DNA of 56,392 bases, filler included, from Sphacelaria rigidula (taxonomy: Eukaryota), in assembly GCA_964200075.2 (NCBI GenBank). It is 6 parts of 6 records of this genome, joined end to end, with 100 filler letters (N's around TTAATTAATTAA, not from the genome) between each part and the next. Parts side by side here need not be neighbours in the genome. Positions count along the whole stretch, not along the records: positions 18,833 to 28,147 come from CAXNAA020008767.1; positions 28,248 to 37,562 come from CAXNAA020008768.1; 4 more parts are not named here. One strand, written 5' to 3'. Positions 24,401-37,662 of this stretch are shown one piece after another (within the stretch, counting starts at the first letter, position 1; each line of letters begins with the position of its first letter). Both the position numbers and the translations under genes were made by a program. The notes under the pieces are model-generated. The model searched no databases. It was not told where the DNA came from and saw nothing but the letters and a program-made list of their open reading frames with translations.

Positions 24401-26942
24401 TCCCAAGATAGGACGGTGCGAAGCTATACGGTTGCGCCTCCAAGGGCTCCAGTTATTAGTTGGTCGGGAAATAAGCGTGTAGTCGATACGCCGTTGAGGA
24501 AACGTTTTCGCTCCTGCTAAAGAGACATACTCCAGACGGTATCCCTAGTTGTTTACTTTATACTAGGTATTACGAACACCTACATAGAGCTGTTGCTTCG
24601 GGAAAGCTAAGCATGCCGCCGCGCTTGTCCCGCTTTCAAAATGCAGCAATATCAGCGATGAAGATACCCCTCCGCGACCAGAAGATATCGAAGGACGATC
24701 GCAGCAGACGAGTCTCCGCGGAGCAATTCTTCAACTCCAACGAAGACCGTCCGTGGAGGAATGTCGACATATTAGAGGGCACACTAGCGAGCGGGATATC
24801 GGTAACCCTGGGGGCATTGAAATTCGGTCAGAGCGACGCCGACGCCGCCGACGCCCGTGGCCTCGAGAAGTGGGGGGTCCTGAGGAGCGGCGGCAGGAAC
24901 ACCGGGAGGAGGAGCACCAAGAACAGCAACGATATGGTGATGTTAGCAGTGCCAACCTCCAGCGGAGGCCGTCCTCGGGATCATGGAGTGGAGAGTACAT
25001 TGGCGGTGACGATCACGACAATGATCACCAGCGACAGCAACATCACCATCAGCAGCAACAACAGCGCGAGGTGTGGGAAAATGGGGACGGAGAGGAGGAG
25101 GACGAAGGGGGAGCATGGATGCGTCATTACAGGGGAGGAGAGGAGACCAGAAGGGATTATGACGAGGGCAGAGTTGTGGAGGATGCGATGATGGTTCCAC
25201 CGTTGTCCGACGGAGAAGAACCAGGAGAAGTAGAGAGTGGCGAAGACTGGAGAAGTGACTGTTCTGATCTGGGCAGTTGGGTGGCGCAACGACCAGAAAG
25301 TGGGCACGGCGGTAGCTGTGAGGTCGGTGACTGGGAAAGAGCGGGCCGTGGCAGTGACGGTAGAGGCGATTGCGCTCGGAGCTACGACGACAGCAACCAC
25401 GATCGGTAAACCGTAAGGATAGATGCTAACGTAAAAGAGCGGGATGGTATTGAATGATCGCGAATGGCATCGTCACCCCAGTAGCGTAGATCGGGTTGAC
25501 AATAACACCGCGCTGGCCGTGACCAGGGTTCGAGTTGAAGTCTACTAATCGCCAGGAAACAGTGAGGCCACAGAGATAAATATGATAGTGCCGCGACCTT
25601 CAAATACCAATATTCCTGTCCAAAGAAAAATGTAATGACCTACGAGAGCGCGCCGCGAGACTCGAAAGATCGCCGCAAAATGAACGGAATGACTGTGCCG
25701 ACGGCACGAGTATGACAGTCGGCCGCTCCCTAAAGCTGTCGCCTGAGCAGTCGTCTGAGTATACTCAGGTCACAGCACACGCCAGGAGAGGAATTTTTGT
25801 CGTGGAGCTGAAGCATAACCTGGGGGAAATAGGACGAAACCTCTATGCACCCTCACAAGTGTTTATCTCGATCTAGCAGGCGCCGAAGATCCCGAACCGA
25901 CCGCGATGACGTCCGGTGGTGGGGACCGGGATCCGATGATGGCGAGGGGGTGAGTCAAACGGTGACATGGCCACGCCCTGGCGGGGGTTTCGGCGTCGGC
26001 CAGTTTAGGTTGGGTTGGCGAAGTCGTGGTGCCGCCGGACGGAGGCCTGTCTGTCGAGAGGCAGTTCGGCAGCTGCATGTCTCGGAAAGGCTGCACCGGA
26101 CGTCGGAGACCATCGCAAGGAAGCAGGAGGCCACGAGACAGCGTAGGAGGGACCTCATGCAAGCAAGAGTGAGTGAGTCGGAGCGCTTTACTGTTGTTGG
26201 CTCGACTATCAAGAACAATGAAATTGGCGCAGTGTGTACCATACACGACTCATATTTTGCAGTAGTGGACAACCGCTGTTTTTACCCCTTCCTCGTGTCA
26301 CAAAGGTCTCCGCGGACCGTTCGCATTGGGTCGACAATACGTGGATGAATTGCCCTGATAAACCAAACACTCTCCACACGCGAGTAAAATCCTTCCAACG
26401 CTACGAGAGAACCTGATAGATTGTGGTATCGTATAACTGCACGTTGTTCCACACGTCCGTTACAACTATTCCTCAACTACTTGACCGTTCGTTTTCCTCT
26501 ACTATGCCCCTCCCCCGCCGTCGCCGTACGCGGCCACGCAGCTGGTCGTTGCCTCGACTGGACGTTTGAACTTGTGCCCCAAGACTCGCGCGTTCACAGA
26601 TAACAGCCCCAAGTACAAGTACGGCGGCCGCTCCGGCCGTGGAGGACACGGATCCAAGGAGCAGCAAAGCTATCTCGACGCGGGGGACAGGATGTACTCG
26701 GAGTGGGAGGCATCCCGCCGGAAGGAAGAGCGGCGACGAGAGCTGGTGGCGGAAGGAGCCAAGAAGCGGAACGGAGAAGCGTGGTGCTGTCCCAAGTGCG
26801 GAGTGGAAAACAGGTGACGTCGGTAGTCAGAGGTTGGGAACCGGAAAGAAGAGGGTGTATTTTGGGGGCAGGCGGCGGGTTGTTCGTCCGTTCTTGTTAT
26901 GGTTGGGGGCTAGGGAAGTGGATACGAGAGGAATAATGACAG

Positions 26943-26994
<52 letters not shown>

Positions 26995-27905
26995 CATTAA
27001 TTGATTGATTAATTGATTAATCGATTAATTGATTAATTGATCCATTGATTGATTGATTCATTGATTGATTCATGGTCGCACTGTGACTGACCCCCCAGGG
27101 GTCATGATCCAGTCGTGGTCATTATCCACATGATAGATGTACCCGAGACAAAACAAAACTGAAACACCTGTTGAAGAAAAATCAAGGAAAAACGGAAAAA
27201 AAGGTAGAACAGCCCAACAGAGAGTAGTGGACAGAGAAGAAGAAGAAAAAAGATAGCATGAAAAGAATATATATATATATGTAAAAATGACCGGCTTCTG
27301 CCGCATGACTTGGGTGGAAAAGGTCTTGCGCAGAAACCGCACCCATACTCACTGGTAGAAAACAAAAGGCCGTGTGAATAGAAGGGCGGTGTAGAGCCAC
27401 TGCGTAGCAACTCGCCGCTGCTGTTCGACGACAAGCATGGGGGCGGAAATTCATTGCGAGTGGTCGAAAATTGATGTTTGGTCTCCCTGGAGTGTGAATG
27501 CCCGTGAGCACTTATATTGCGGCGCTACACATTCCACGTCATAAACGCCTGAACCCCTGAAAACTCGAGTCGTATCCGGGTGCGAAACAGAGTCCCCTCT
27601 TCGTTGCCGGCACGACCAGAGCGCAAGATGACACATGCCAAACGATAACGGGGATAGCCGTACCGGCGCAAGAGCTGCGGCCCGATACATGGTACCTTGA
27701 AACCCCCGAAAAGCTCGGGAAAACAGCGGCGGCGGTGACGGCGGGTACCGCTACGGGAAAGCAGGACGACCGCAACCGCAGAAACGATGGGGGCGGCGTC
27801 AGCAGCGATGGACTAAGAAGGTGTGGCAGAGCGAGACCCCCGTTGTTCAAGCCCACGTCGCTTGCGAAACCGGGCAACAGCAGCGCGACGAGACCCACGG
27901 GCGAG
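21490..27905 (+). CDS. Six-exon hypothetical protein, 3' incomplete: small N-terminal beta/alpha domain, long low-complexity region, RanBP2-like zinc finger
   Basis: Exons 21490-21632, 24039-24311, 24647-25405, 25880(or 25877)-26168, 26542-26813, 27620-27905. All introns are GT-AG with mutually consistent phases (2,2,2,0,2) and no stops. N-terminus MGVAKPGSCGGELLVVIDVQSKKQGAVKEIFVRDGDNAYRLAEDFVL..HGLG; later WCCPKCGVENRAQDDTC. Confidence 0.75.
23698..23818. repeat. (CTA/CTG)n microsatellite (intronic)
   Basis: Read directly; it produces spurious poly-L and poly-S ORFs. Confidence 0.95.
26947..27300 (-). mobile_element. Retroposon 3' end with (AATC)n tail; diverged copies at ~6240-6470, 30742-31000, 47690-47920, 52550-52780, 55640-55760
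   Basis: Shared core (G)GGTACATCTATCATGTGGATAATGACCACGACTGGATCA, preceded by a pyrimidine-rich segment and followed by GTCAGTCA and ATCA repeats. A long (ATTG)n tract lies at 26947-27070. Confidence 0.65.
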
Positions 27906-30484
27906 GTGAGCCTCACCAGATAGGAAGTACTTCAGATAGTGAGTGTCTGGGAGGGCTCGCTTGTTAGACCGAAAGGGAACCACTGTACATCAAACCGTCC
28001 TTAGAACCTGTTTCTCGGATCGGTCTGTGGTGGAGGGTGTGGGGGAGAGGGAGGTGCGCGCGGGGGAGGGGGGGGGGGGGGGGACTCATGATCTTGCATG
28101 CCGTAGTCATACGACCATCGACCTCGCATCCCCTCAAAACCGGGACGNNNNNNNNNNNNNNNNNNNNNNNNNNNNNNNNNNNNNNNNNNNNTTAATTAAT
28201 TAANNNNNNNNNNNNNNNNNNNNNNNNNNNNNNNNNNNNNNNNNNNNGTCCTATTTTAATCAACCATGAAAACATGGGATTTGCCATCTGTACGTAGCAT
28301 CCAAAACCAACAACTGTGAAGACGGTTTGATACCCGCTGGGACTCCCTGAGTTGCTTTATCGTCATTGCGTTCGCCCCTATGAAAAATAATATCGGCACG
28401 CAGTGCTGTCCACACATTGTTGAAACCTTCATGGTGTGTTAGCTGCGTCGTCTTGAGTCAAACGAACAAGCCGCTTCTCAAACCTATCATTTCTATCCTG
28501 TAGTTGTCGCATGCTATTGTGAATTCGAGCACTCTGCGACAAACGCGGTGCGATCTGCGCTGCAGAGTGCCTGAACAGTTGTACTGCTGCATACCGTGTT
28601 TTAGTCTGGACAATTTTGGGGTGGGATCAAAGTGCTGTCGAAACAATGAAGGTTGAAACAATCGTCACGTGACGACTGCGCAGCTGTCTGTTGCGTCTTC
28701 TCTGGTACTTCTGGTGTAGTCGGAGGCTGTAATCTGGGAAGACACGCCAGGCGGGTGCGTGCAGGTTGGGGCAAACAAACTGAGCCATCACGGAGCTGCT
28801 GTATCATCCTCGGTGATCGATGGTAGCAGCTGCCTGTCTCGCAGCGGCGCAATGTGTGGGCCAATCAAAGCTAGTGTTGGACTCATGTTGAACTCGTTTT
28901 TCTCATCTGAGTGAAGAAAGGTGCCCACATTTTGGTGTATTCAGATATTCTGATATGTCAGAAAACCTTTCCACTCAAAATTCTTGCCCCTCTCTGTGGG
29001 CCCAGTGCCGTTAGTTACACCGTTACATCATTACGCCAATACAGCACTACACGACTACCATTGTAGCTTGCGACTTCAAGTGACTCAGCACAACTCCGGC
29101 CTTCTCGGATTTCTCGATCCCTTGCAATGTTCCACCCTACTTAGAGTCACACACGCCCAGCACACGCCCAGGCGGTAGCATGGTCGCACACGGCCTTTTT
29201 GTGGGCCATGCGCATGGTTTCGAACCTGTCAAAGCTATCCCTGCTGAATCCATGAGCGTCGTTGTTTGGAGGATCTCCCTGCCCGTCTCCCTCATGTGTG
29301 CCTGTGTGCGGGGAGGTTTTCTAATGCCAATGGAGTGCTTCATTTCCTGTCATGTATTGTCATGTATTGTGAAAGAACCCGCTTTTATTCTCCGCATGCA
29401 CAAAGGGACGTATTCGTGTCCAAGCCGTCAGATGACAGCATGGCAGCAGTAGAAAAGTCAAGAAGGCTCGAACGGCCGGAACGTCAGGGACCCCACTGAT
29501 GGACGTGTTACAGGTAGATCAACATTTGATGTGAATAATTGTATACGCTATTGCGAAAAAATACCGTTGTCCGAACCTGAAAAAATACCCTCAATCTGTT
29601 CGGGGATTTCTTCTTATTTTTGTGGTGGATAGCCCGTGACAATGCGGACGGCGGACATCCCCTTGAAATTACAGCTGGCTGTCTGCGGATGAAAACACGT
29701 TGGGGTTACGTGCAGTGCTTGTTGCTTTGATGCATCTAAAACCATGGGTAGAAACTCTGAGGCCTTACCCAATCTACCCGAACTCCGGGTAAAGTAAATA
29801 CCCGGATATTATACCCGACCTGCCCTTGGCCTCTTCGGTCGAAAAAATGCGGAGGAAAGGTACAAAGAAAGAGCCACTAGACTCCTATCTTGCAGACCAC
29901 CACGCCAGATACCACCCGTTAACAGAACTATGCAAACCCCACACACTTCATTCTCAGCTACCACCGCAACCCTGCAGCATAGAGCACTAATTGGGCACAG
30001 GTATCCATACACTGCAGTAGTTGGGTATGATATGTTTATTCAATGTTGGCGAGAACTTGAGCATCTTTCATACCAGGGATCGGTGACAGAACTGTGTGGT
30101 GGGGTAGACGACCGACTTGCGTACACTCAACAGTGTAGGTAGTACAAAGCTGCACGTTGTTCAAGTCCTTTTCAAGTCGCACTGTAAGCGGATGGCACAG
30201 ATGGTCCTGCGCTGCCTACACGGCACGTTGCCCGCTTCTCTTTTACATCCTACTGTATGAAACACGCACACACTCTCAGGGACACTGAATGTATGAATCC
30301 AGCGCAGACAGTAGAGGACTGTACTGTGGACAAGCGAACAAGTATCGCTTCACGAATTTCACCGTCGGTTCTCGATCGAAAGCTTGCATATTCGCTTGGA
30401 CCCAACTCGCGAGAAATGAACGATTTCGCTCAAATCAATTCTACCGCACCATTTTAACGATGAAAAAATTGTGTGCAGAGACAT

Positions 30485-30680
30485 GGCCTTACCCAATATT
30501 TGGGTCGAGTACCCAATCTACCCATAAATTGGGTAGAGTACTTGAGGCCGCACCCAATCTACCCAAAATTTGGATCGAGTATCTGAGGCCGTACCCAATC
30601 TACCCAAACCTTGGGTAGAGTAGATCCACAGTTTTTTTACCCGAGTATTCAAAAGTACATACCACACCCGACCTGCGCTT
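30485..30680. repeat. TACCCA/TGGGTA ~40-bp tandem-repeat element; shorter copy at 29745-29828
   Basis: Units GAGGCC.TACCCAATCTACCCA...TGGGTAGAGTA. Both copies end in ACCCGACCTGC(C/G)CTT. Confidence 0.7.
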
Positions 30681-31989
30681 GAAATGCTCATGTTAACCCC
30701 AAATGTGTTTGAGAAATGGCACGACCTCTTCGTGCGTTTGTTTTGACTGATTGATCGTGGCACATCAACTGATGCCCGCGGGATATTGATCCAGCTGTGG
30801 TCGTGGTCATTACCCACAGGATAAACATACCCAAGGTACTACTGAAAACACAGCGGCAACACTCGCTATTAGTACCAATGTAAGTGGTAGTAGTAGTAAT
30901 GGAAACCCGACAAGGGAAGGACTGAAGAGGGAAGAATAGGAAAGGGACAAGTATAACAGCAATAACCGGTCCCGATGAAGAGAAGGACGAGGAAAATTAC
31001 AGTAACAACATGGACTATGTGTACTACCACTCCCCAATCGGATCTGTTTCGCTTACGATGGAGTATGACGACCGGGAAACTGGTGTGAAGAAGCTGAACG
31101 TCGGCGCATCGCAAACGAGGTAGACAAGACGTGAATCTGATACTTGCACTGCTTATCGGGCTGTGCAACCATGTTCACATGTTGCCTACTCTCGCGGGCC
31201 GAACGGTATGATACAAGTTATGATACGAGCATACAAGGCTTGATATACCCTGATGAATACCCTTTCCCCCCTTGAGACAGACCCCTTGCACGCCCATAAC
31301 GCGACGCCAGAGCATGGTCATTACTTCTAACCGCTGATGTTCCCTATGCATCCGAACTGCCCCAACGTTCATCTGCGCGAAATATGTTCACCCCTTTTTT
31401 CCAGTTTGAGGCGAGAAGTGTCTACACCCGTCGTTCATTTACGGCGAAAAATCATCATTTCATCCCTCGCTGTCATTTCATGAGTCTCAAAATTCGCATT
31501 CGGAAAGTCAACACTCTGTGTCACCAGCCGTCGAAAAACTTGACCGTTTTGTTCATTTATTTATTTTTTTGCCGTCGATCTATCCTGTTTTTTGATGCTG
31601 TCCGTCACTTGGCGCTCTAGCGTTTTGAATGTGTCCTACTTGCTGTCATATCAATGTGGAGCGAGATAACGGCAGGTCCTTCTCACTACAGGCTGGGCCG
31701 CCTAAGAAGCGGATTTTCATTCAGCCGGTTCTAACTGACGATCTATTGCGAGTCGTGCCTACTATGACACATCACGGTAATCTGCAAATCAACGCGCGTC
31801 TTTCACTTCGCGTAGCACTGCGATCTGATAAGTTACCATCAAACGAAACATCAAACTGTAGTCAGCTGCGAAGTAGAGAGAGTTGAGGGTGTGATGTGCG
31901 GCGGAATTAGGGGGGAAAACGGCTGAAATGACATTTACGGTTACAGTCGGTTGTGCCGCGGCTGCAAAGTGACGGTGCTGCACAAGTTG

Positions 31990-32830
31990 TGGTCATACAA
32001 CAATGCATGTCGTACTGTACCCGCGCAGGGTCTGAGATGGCACGCAGACGAGACCTCCAGAGCCCCAAGGCGTCGGGCTTGTAGAAAACGTCAAAGTTCC
32101 GGTTGAGGTTGTTGTACTCTAAAAGCAAGTGAACCGGTTCTCGACAGAAAAACCCGATTTCACTGCTCAATTTTAAGTCGTTTTCCATGGAATTTTGACT
32201 CGATTTACATTAGGTATATGTGAAGCCCCTACCGTTTCCCCCTCTTTTATTTTAGTTTTTCCTCGCACGTTATTGGTGATCTACATTTCGGAACATTTTT
32301 ACTGGGACAAAAGCGTCGACAACCGATTGCAAAAAAAAATGTAAAGGGGGGACAAATGGGACTTCACAACATACCCCATGCGCATCGTGTCAAAATTTCG
32401 TCGGAAAATACTTGGAATTGAACAGCAGCTGATCCATCTCCACATAGGAACCAGTCTTCGACCCGAACACGCGATTTAGCAGCTCAATTTTGGATCGTTT
32501 TCTATGAAACTTTGACACGATGTACAGGATGTATGTGCAAAGACTTCACCTTCTGCCCCCTACATTTATGTATTCTTCTCCGTAAGTTATCGGCGATCAA
32601 ACATTTCAAAACAGTTTATCTCGGAACAAAATCGTGAAAAACTCTCGGAAAAAAAAAGGGAAACATATAGGGGGCCGAAGATGGAGTCTTTGTACATATG
32701 TCTTGTACATCGTGTCGAAATTTCAGGGAAAACGACCCAAAATTGAACTGCTAAATCGCGTGTTCACATCCCTGCCCGCGTCTTCGGCGGCCCATCCTGT
32801 ACTGTATGATATGAATCACTGCAGGACTAC
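31990..32830. mobile_element. Non-autonomous foldback/MITE-like element containing two tandem palindromic units
   Basis: IR pair 32467-32562 / 32666-32764 (high identity), a homologous more diverged IR pair within 32160-32430, and a weak outer IR at ~31990-32050 / 32770-32830. Confidence 0.6.
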
Positions 32831-33243
32831 CGCCACCCATCTCCATGCCATGTCCAAATCTGTTTCGGTTTGAATGGAGGAAAAGGCAATTTCGACTGAA
32901 GATACCAACGTCCCACAAGACTAATGCTATTCATGGTGTTGAAGTGTTGAAGTGTTGAAGTGTTGAAGTGTTGAACGGCGTCGGCATATGTTGAAGAGTC
33001 TGGAAGATGTTTGAGATGTTTGAGATATTTGAGATGCCGTCGGCAATAGTCGACGAGCCGCTCTACTGTGACACATGCTATGACATGTTGGCTGCACGTC
33101 GCTACATGTTGATCCTGCTTGAACTCACGAATGAGTGAGGCCAAATGCTATGTGTCTGCTTGTGTCGAGAGGTTTTGGCACATGTCGAATTGTACTCTGA
33201 TGGTGACTTGGCGTGAAAAATGTGTTCGTGCCTGACACCACAG

Positions 33244-35687
33244 TTCTTGAAACAAACGATGGGCGTAGAAGAAGGTGACCCTCAAGCAGCCGTGAAGACT
33301 GAGCTCAAGCAGCTTTTCGGCAAGCTGTGCAACAAGCTGGACGCCCTGTGCAACTTCCACTACACGCCCAAGACAGTGATCCCTGAGATGAAGGTAAATC
33401 GGCTGTACAGTGCATGAACAGTGCTTGTGTGGTCAGTATATCAGGACAACATACGTCCGTTTGAATTCTCCTCCAAAGATACGCCACCGAAGTGGGGGCC
33501 TAGATTGATGATGTAGCTGTGGAGCATGCTGCCTAGGTAGGCCTGGTGCATGCTGAACGGTTATGTGCTTAGGATTACGGGTTTGGCCACTCCCTTGACC
33601 ACTCGCTCGACCACGGGTGGAACCTGAGTGGTACTGGTAACAGAAACAGAAACATTAGGGTTAGGACTAGGACTAGGACTAGTAGTGGAGTAGTAGTATA
33701 ATAGTATCTCGTTGACTTTTATTCATCTCTGTACGGGAGAACGCTCGCATCTCGATGCCATGTGCCATGTGCCATGAGGTGCTCTTGTGTCATACGAAGT
33801 ATTGTGTTGTATGTAGTGTTGAGCGATTTAGGTGTTGACACTAGATTCTGAGTCGACAGTCATCATTCTCTCACCTCTTCGTACATGGCGGGCATACGAG
33901 GGCGCTGAGGACACTGCAAAACGGTGATGTGAGATGGTTGGAACGTCTGACAAAGGTGGTATTTCCTGTGTTCATCGCGTGTGTGTGTGGCTCATCCCGT
34001 GTCGGGCCAGGTGCAAGCGGATGTGGCAGCGATCGCGATGGAGGAGGTGTTGCCATCCTCAGTTGCTGATGCCGAGGCGCTAGCCCCTGAAGAGATATAC
34101 GCGAAGAAGAGAGGAAGAGACGCCAAGTTCTTGGAAGGTGTTTTTTGCTTCCTACAGCCAAGTGGATGAAACATGCTGCTGTGGGCGGGACGCGTTGTTG
34201 TATGTATTGTAGGAGGATGACCAGTGGTTTTACTGGTTGCAGCTTGCAGCCATGTTGGGTCATGGGTACGATATATTCCAGATGGTGATACTGATACTTC
34301 GTGTATACATATCCTGGATAACGTTGCCTGTTGTTTGTACTATTCCAAATGGTGCTTATGTCTTCCGTCAAGGGAGGCATGTGCCTCATGGCATGATGGC
34401 TTTTCTCACGTCATATATGTTGTGCTGCGCTATGCTGCACCTTACTCACTACGTGCCGTGCCTCTGCTTGTCTGCCTGGTTGTGCTGCTCATTGGACTCT
34501 GTCCGGCTCTGTTCACCTCTGTCCGGCTCTGTCCGGCCAGCCGAGGAAATGAACCAGGTGGACAGAAAACGTGTCCGGTCGTCTAAGAAGGCCGCTCGAC
34601 GGAAGGCCAGGCGGCAGGTGAGGGGTGAGGGGTGAGGCTTCACCGCATCTGCATGCTATGTACGTACCGAGCATGGACGCAATCTCTTCAGGCCGTCACG
34701 TGTCGCTGTTCACCTTACATGCCAGCTATTGGATGAGTGTTGCTTGTTGGTCCTCTATATATATTTGCCCTTAAGTACGGCGATGAGCTTGTACTTTGGT
34801 AACGCGGCGGATCTACTTGAAACTTTTTTACCGCTACGATTGCTGCAGTACCGTGTGACCCCGTTTAGATGGCGATGGCGTCGGATTATCTTCGCGGTTA
34901 CAATATGCAGCCTACCCACTTTTTTATTTGCGAGTACTGAGTGGAGGTTGCGATTTGAGGTGTGTGGTGGGGTTTGCTCTAACTTTGTGTACAGGTGGAG
35001 ACGGAGAAGAAGTTGGTGTCCAAGCTCAACCCAGGGCTGGGTAATAAATACGAGAAGTCCAAGATGCTGAAGGATATACACAGCGCCAAGAACGTGACAA
35101 CCCATACAGGTGCGCTGTCTAACCCTCAATCCTCAGCTTGATGTAGACGCTGCTCATGCTGCTGGGGGGTTGTGGAATGCGCCCACACAAGAATGTCTAG
35201 TTTGTACCTACAGTATGATACGAAGGCCACCAGTCGTGTTTATCGTCAGTATGAAACACGAAGAGTCGAGCGCCAAGCTATGGTTTTCGCTGACCAGATG
35301 TTGTTGCGTTTTTACTGCATGCCGTCAGGTGACGAGTCCGCGGGCCGAGAATTCAGCACATCGGCCAAGTTCTTCACACAGCTTGAGGAAAAGGTGAGTT
35401 CTGCACCAGTGACGAGTCATGGGAACGGCATGGAAGTTCGTTGACGAATAAAGCGTAGCTTAGCGTGGCATGCTGGTTTGTGTTGTCATGCAAGCTAAGG
35501 AATGACTCTCATGCTCTATACAAGTATCGGTTGGCATAGGTTCATTCCGTCTCTTCGCCTCACGTGTAGTTGGGCCAACTCCGGTGCGTGTCAGGTCAAA
35601 GCTGGGGTCAAGTCTGTAGGGCAGGAGAATGGCAGAGCGGATGGCAAGGGTGGCAAGGGTTCAAGAGCTGCTCACTACAGACTCTGA
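33244..35687 (+). CDS. MPP10: U3 snoRNP protein Mpp10, last six exons
   Basis: Exons 33244-33393, 34011-34137, 34541-34617, 34995-35109, 35329-35393, 35595-35687 (stop); GT-AG and phase-consistent. Motifs LFGKLCNKLDALCNFHYTPK, AIAMEEVLP..LAPEEIY, STSAKFFTQLEEK and C-terminal AAHYRL* are typical of Mpp10. Confidence 0.93.
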
Positions 35688-36891
35688 TCCGATTCCCCTC
35701 ACGACTGGCACGTGCCACATAACATTCAACATTCCTGGCTGGATCCGCAGGGGCATCGGAGTATGACACCCTGTTCGCTCTCTTTGCGGGAGTGGACGGA
35801 CCATCACTCCGTCACATGCTTGTCCTGTTCTCGTTTGCCTGGTGGGCTGACTCACTGACTGACTGAACGACTCGCCTACTGTATGTATGCGGTGTAGCTC
35901 TACCGCGCTTTCGCGAAAATTTTGTGACCGAGAGCGCAAGATCTATACCGGCTCGCAGGAATCTTGGATCATGATTTCGCCGCGGGGACGTAAGCGTGTT
36001 TTTGACGCTCTAAGCTTGCTACCTCGTATCAATATGCGGCTTTGTCGAAAGATGATGGAATTTTCAGGCCGCATAAAACGGTTTCCCGCATTTTTCACTC
36101 TGATGTCGGTCGAATCACGAACTCCGCCAGAACTGTGGCATATTACTTGGATCGGTCGTGATTCCATCGAGAGCGGAATGGACCATTGGCCGCCGATATG
36201 CTATTAGTATCTTCTCGCACACACTTGTACAGCAGGTAATCACTCCGTTTATTCGTCTGTATATCATGTACAATCGGAGTACAGATCGCTGCCGATCAAA
36301 GTGTGACGGCGTGCGTTTTCGCCGTGTTTGAACACGTTTTTTTGTAACTTCCTGCTTTCTAGGTAAAAATTGTGAAAACTGTGCCACCCCCTCAGAAGAC
36401 CCATGCTCTCTTGATGGGACGAAGCGTTGATTGTCTCTTATTATAATACGCTACGAAACTTCATATATGAGCAGTTCAAAAGAAGAACTACCGTCGTCAG
36501 GGTGCGGCGGTTTTTGAACAGGAGGACGTGCCTCTAAGTGCTACGGAACACGTAACAAAGGATGCTGGAAACATACTCCTTTGGACTAGTCATCGAGTTT
36601 TCGAGCGCCCCTTGTTGAGTATCTGAGAGTCATACTGTTGCGCCGGCGACGACCGCCGTCGGCAAAATGATCCAATACGGCGACAGACGCCAGCGATTTT
36701 TGAAACGCAGCATCATTCAGCAGTCTGCTGAGATACAATATCACCAGAGTACAGCACCACTACAGTACAGTCGTCAGTTGGATAAAATGGATGCCCCACA
36801 AAGCAGCTGCACCCACTCACAACGGGGGTTAGGGTCAGTCCCACGCTTGGGGTTGTTTCGTCAGTAGCGCCCATGCGAGGCGCTTCATCCA

Positions 36892-37562
36892 GTCTGAACC
36901 AGCTATCACGCCTCGTATGGCCACTTCCGCCGTGGCTGTGTTGAGAACCAGTTTCGCGGTGAGGCTGTCGAACAATACTACTGTAGTGCAACGCGCTTGC
37001 GAAATTCGAGCCGTTTTTATTTATTTATTCAGAACCCGCATCAGCTATCGTTTCAATATCTCCCCTCTGGGTGTCAAAGCGGGTCTGAACTAGCGACGGA
37101 AACCGCTGGCACCCTCTCCCTCAGGTATGTTTTGTAACAACCGTGGGGGTATTTGAGGAACATCGCTCGGAATGAAACATGTAGAAAACTTTCCCTGTTC
37201 AAAATCGAAATTTCCTTGCTTGAACGCTTTATACCCGTTAAAATGGACGACTGCTTTCCAAGAAAACCATCCGTTATATCAGGATTTCCCCTGGACGCTA
37301 ATCCTATCCCTGCGAGGTTGTCACAAATCACATCTGAGGGGGAGGGTGCCAGCGGTTTCCGTCGCTAGTTCAGACGCCGTTTGGGACCGTCAGGAGGGAT
37401 ATTCAAACTTCATTTGATGCGGGTTCTGAAGTTGAAGAAACGGCGCGAATTTCGCAAGCGCGTTGCACTACAGTAGTATTGTTCGACAGCCTCACCGCGA
37501 AACTGGTTCTCAACACAGCCACGGCGGAAGTGGCCATACGAGGCGTGATAGCTGGTTCAGAC
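36892..37562. mobile_element. Long near-perfect inverted-repeat (foldback) element cut by the contig end
   Basis: 36892-~37043 is the reverse complement of ~37415-37562, near-identical over ~120 bp. An inner IR lies at ~37073-37125 / 37332-37388. Confidence 0.8.
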
Positions 37563-37662
37563 NNNNNNNNNNNNNNNNNNNNNNNNNNNNNNNNNNNNNN
37601 NNNNNNTTAATTAATTAANNNNNNNNNNNNNNNNNNNNNNNNNNNNNNNNNNNNNNNNNNNN

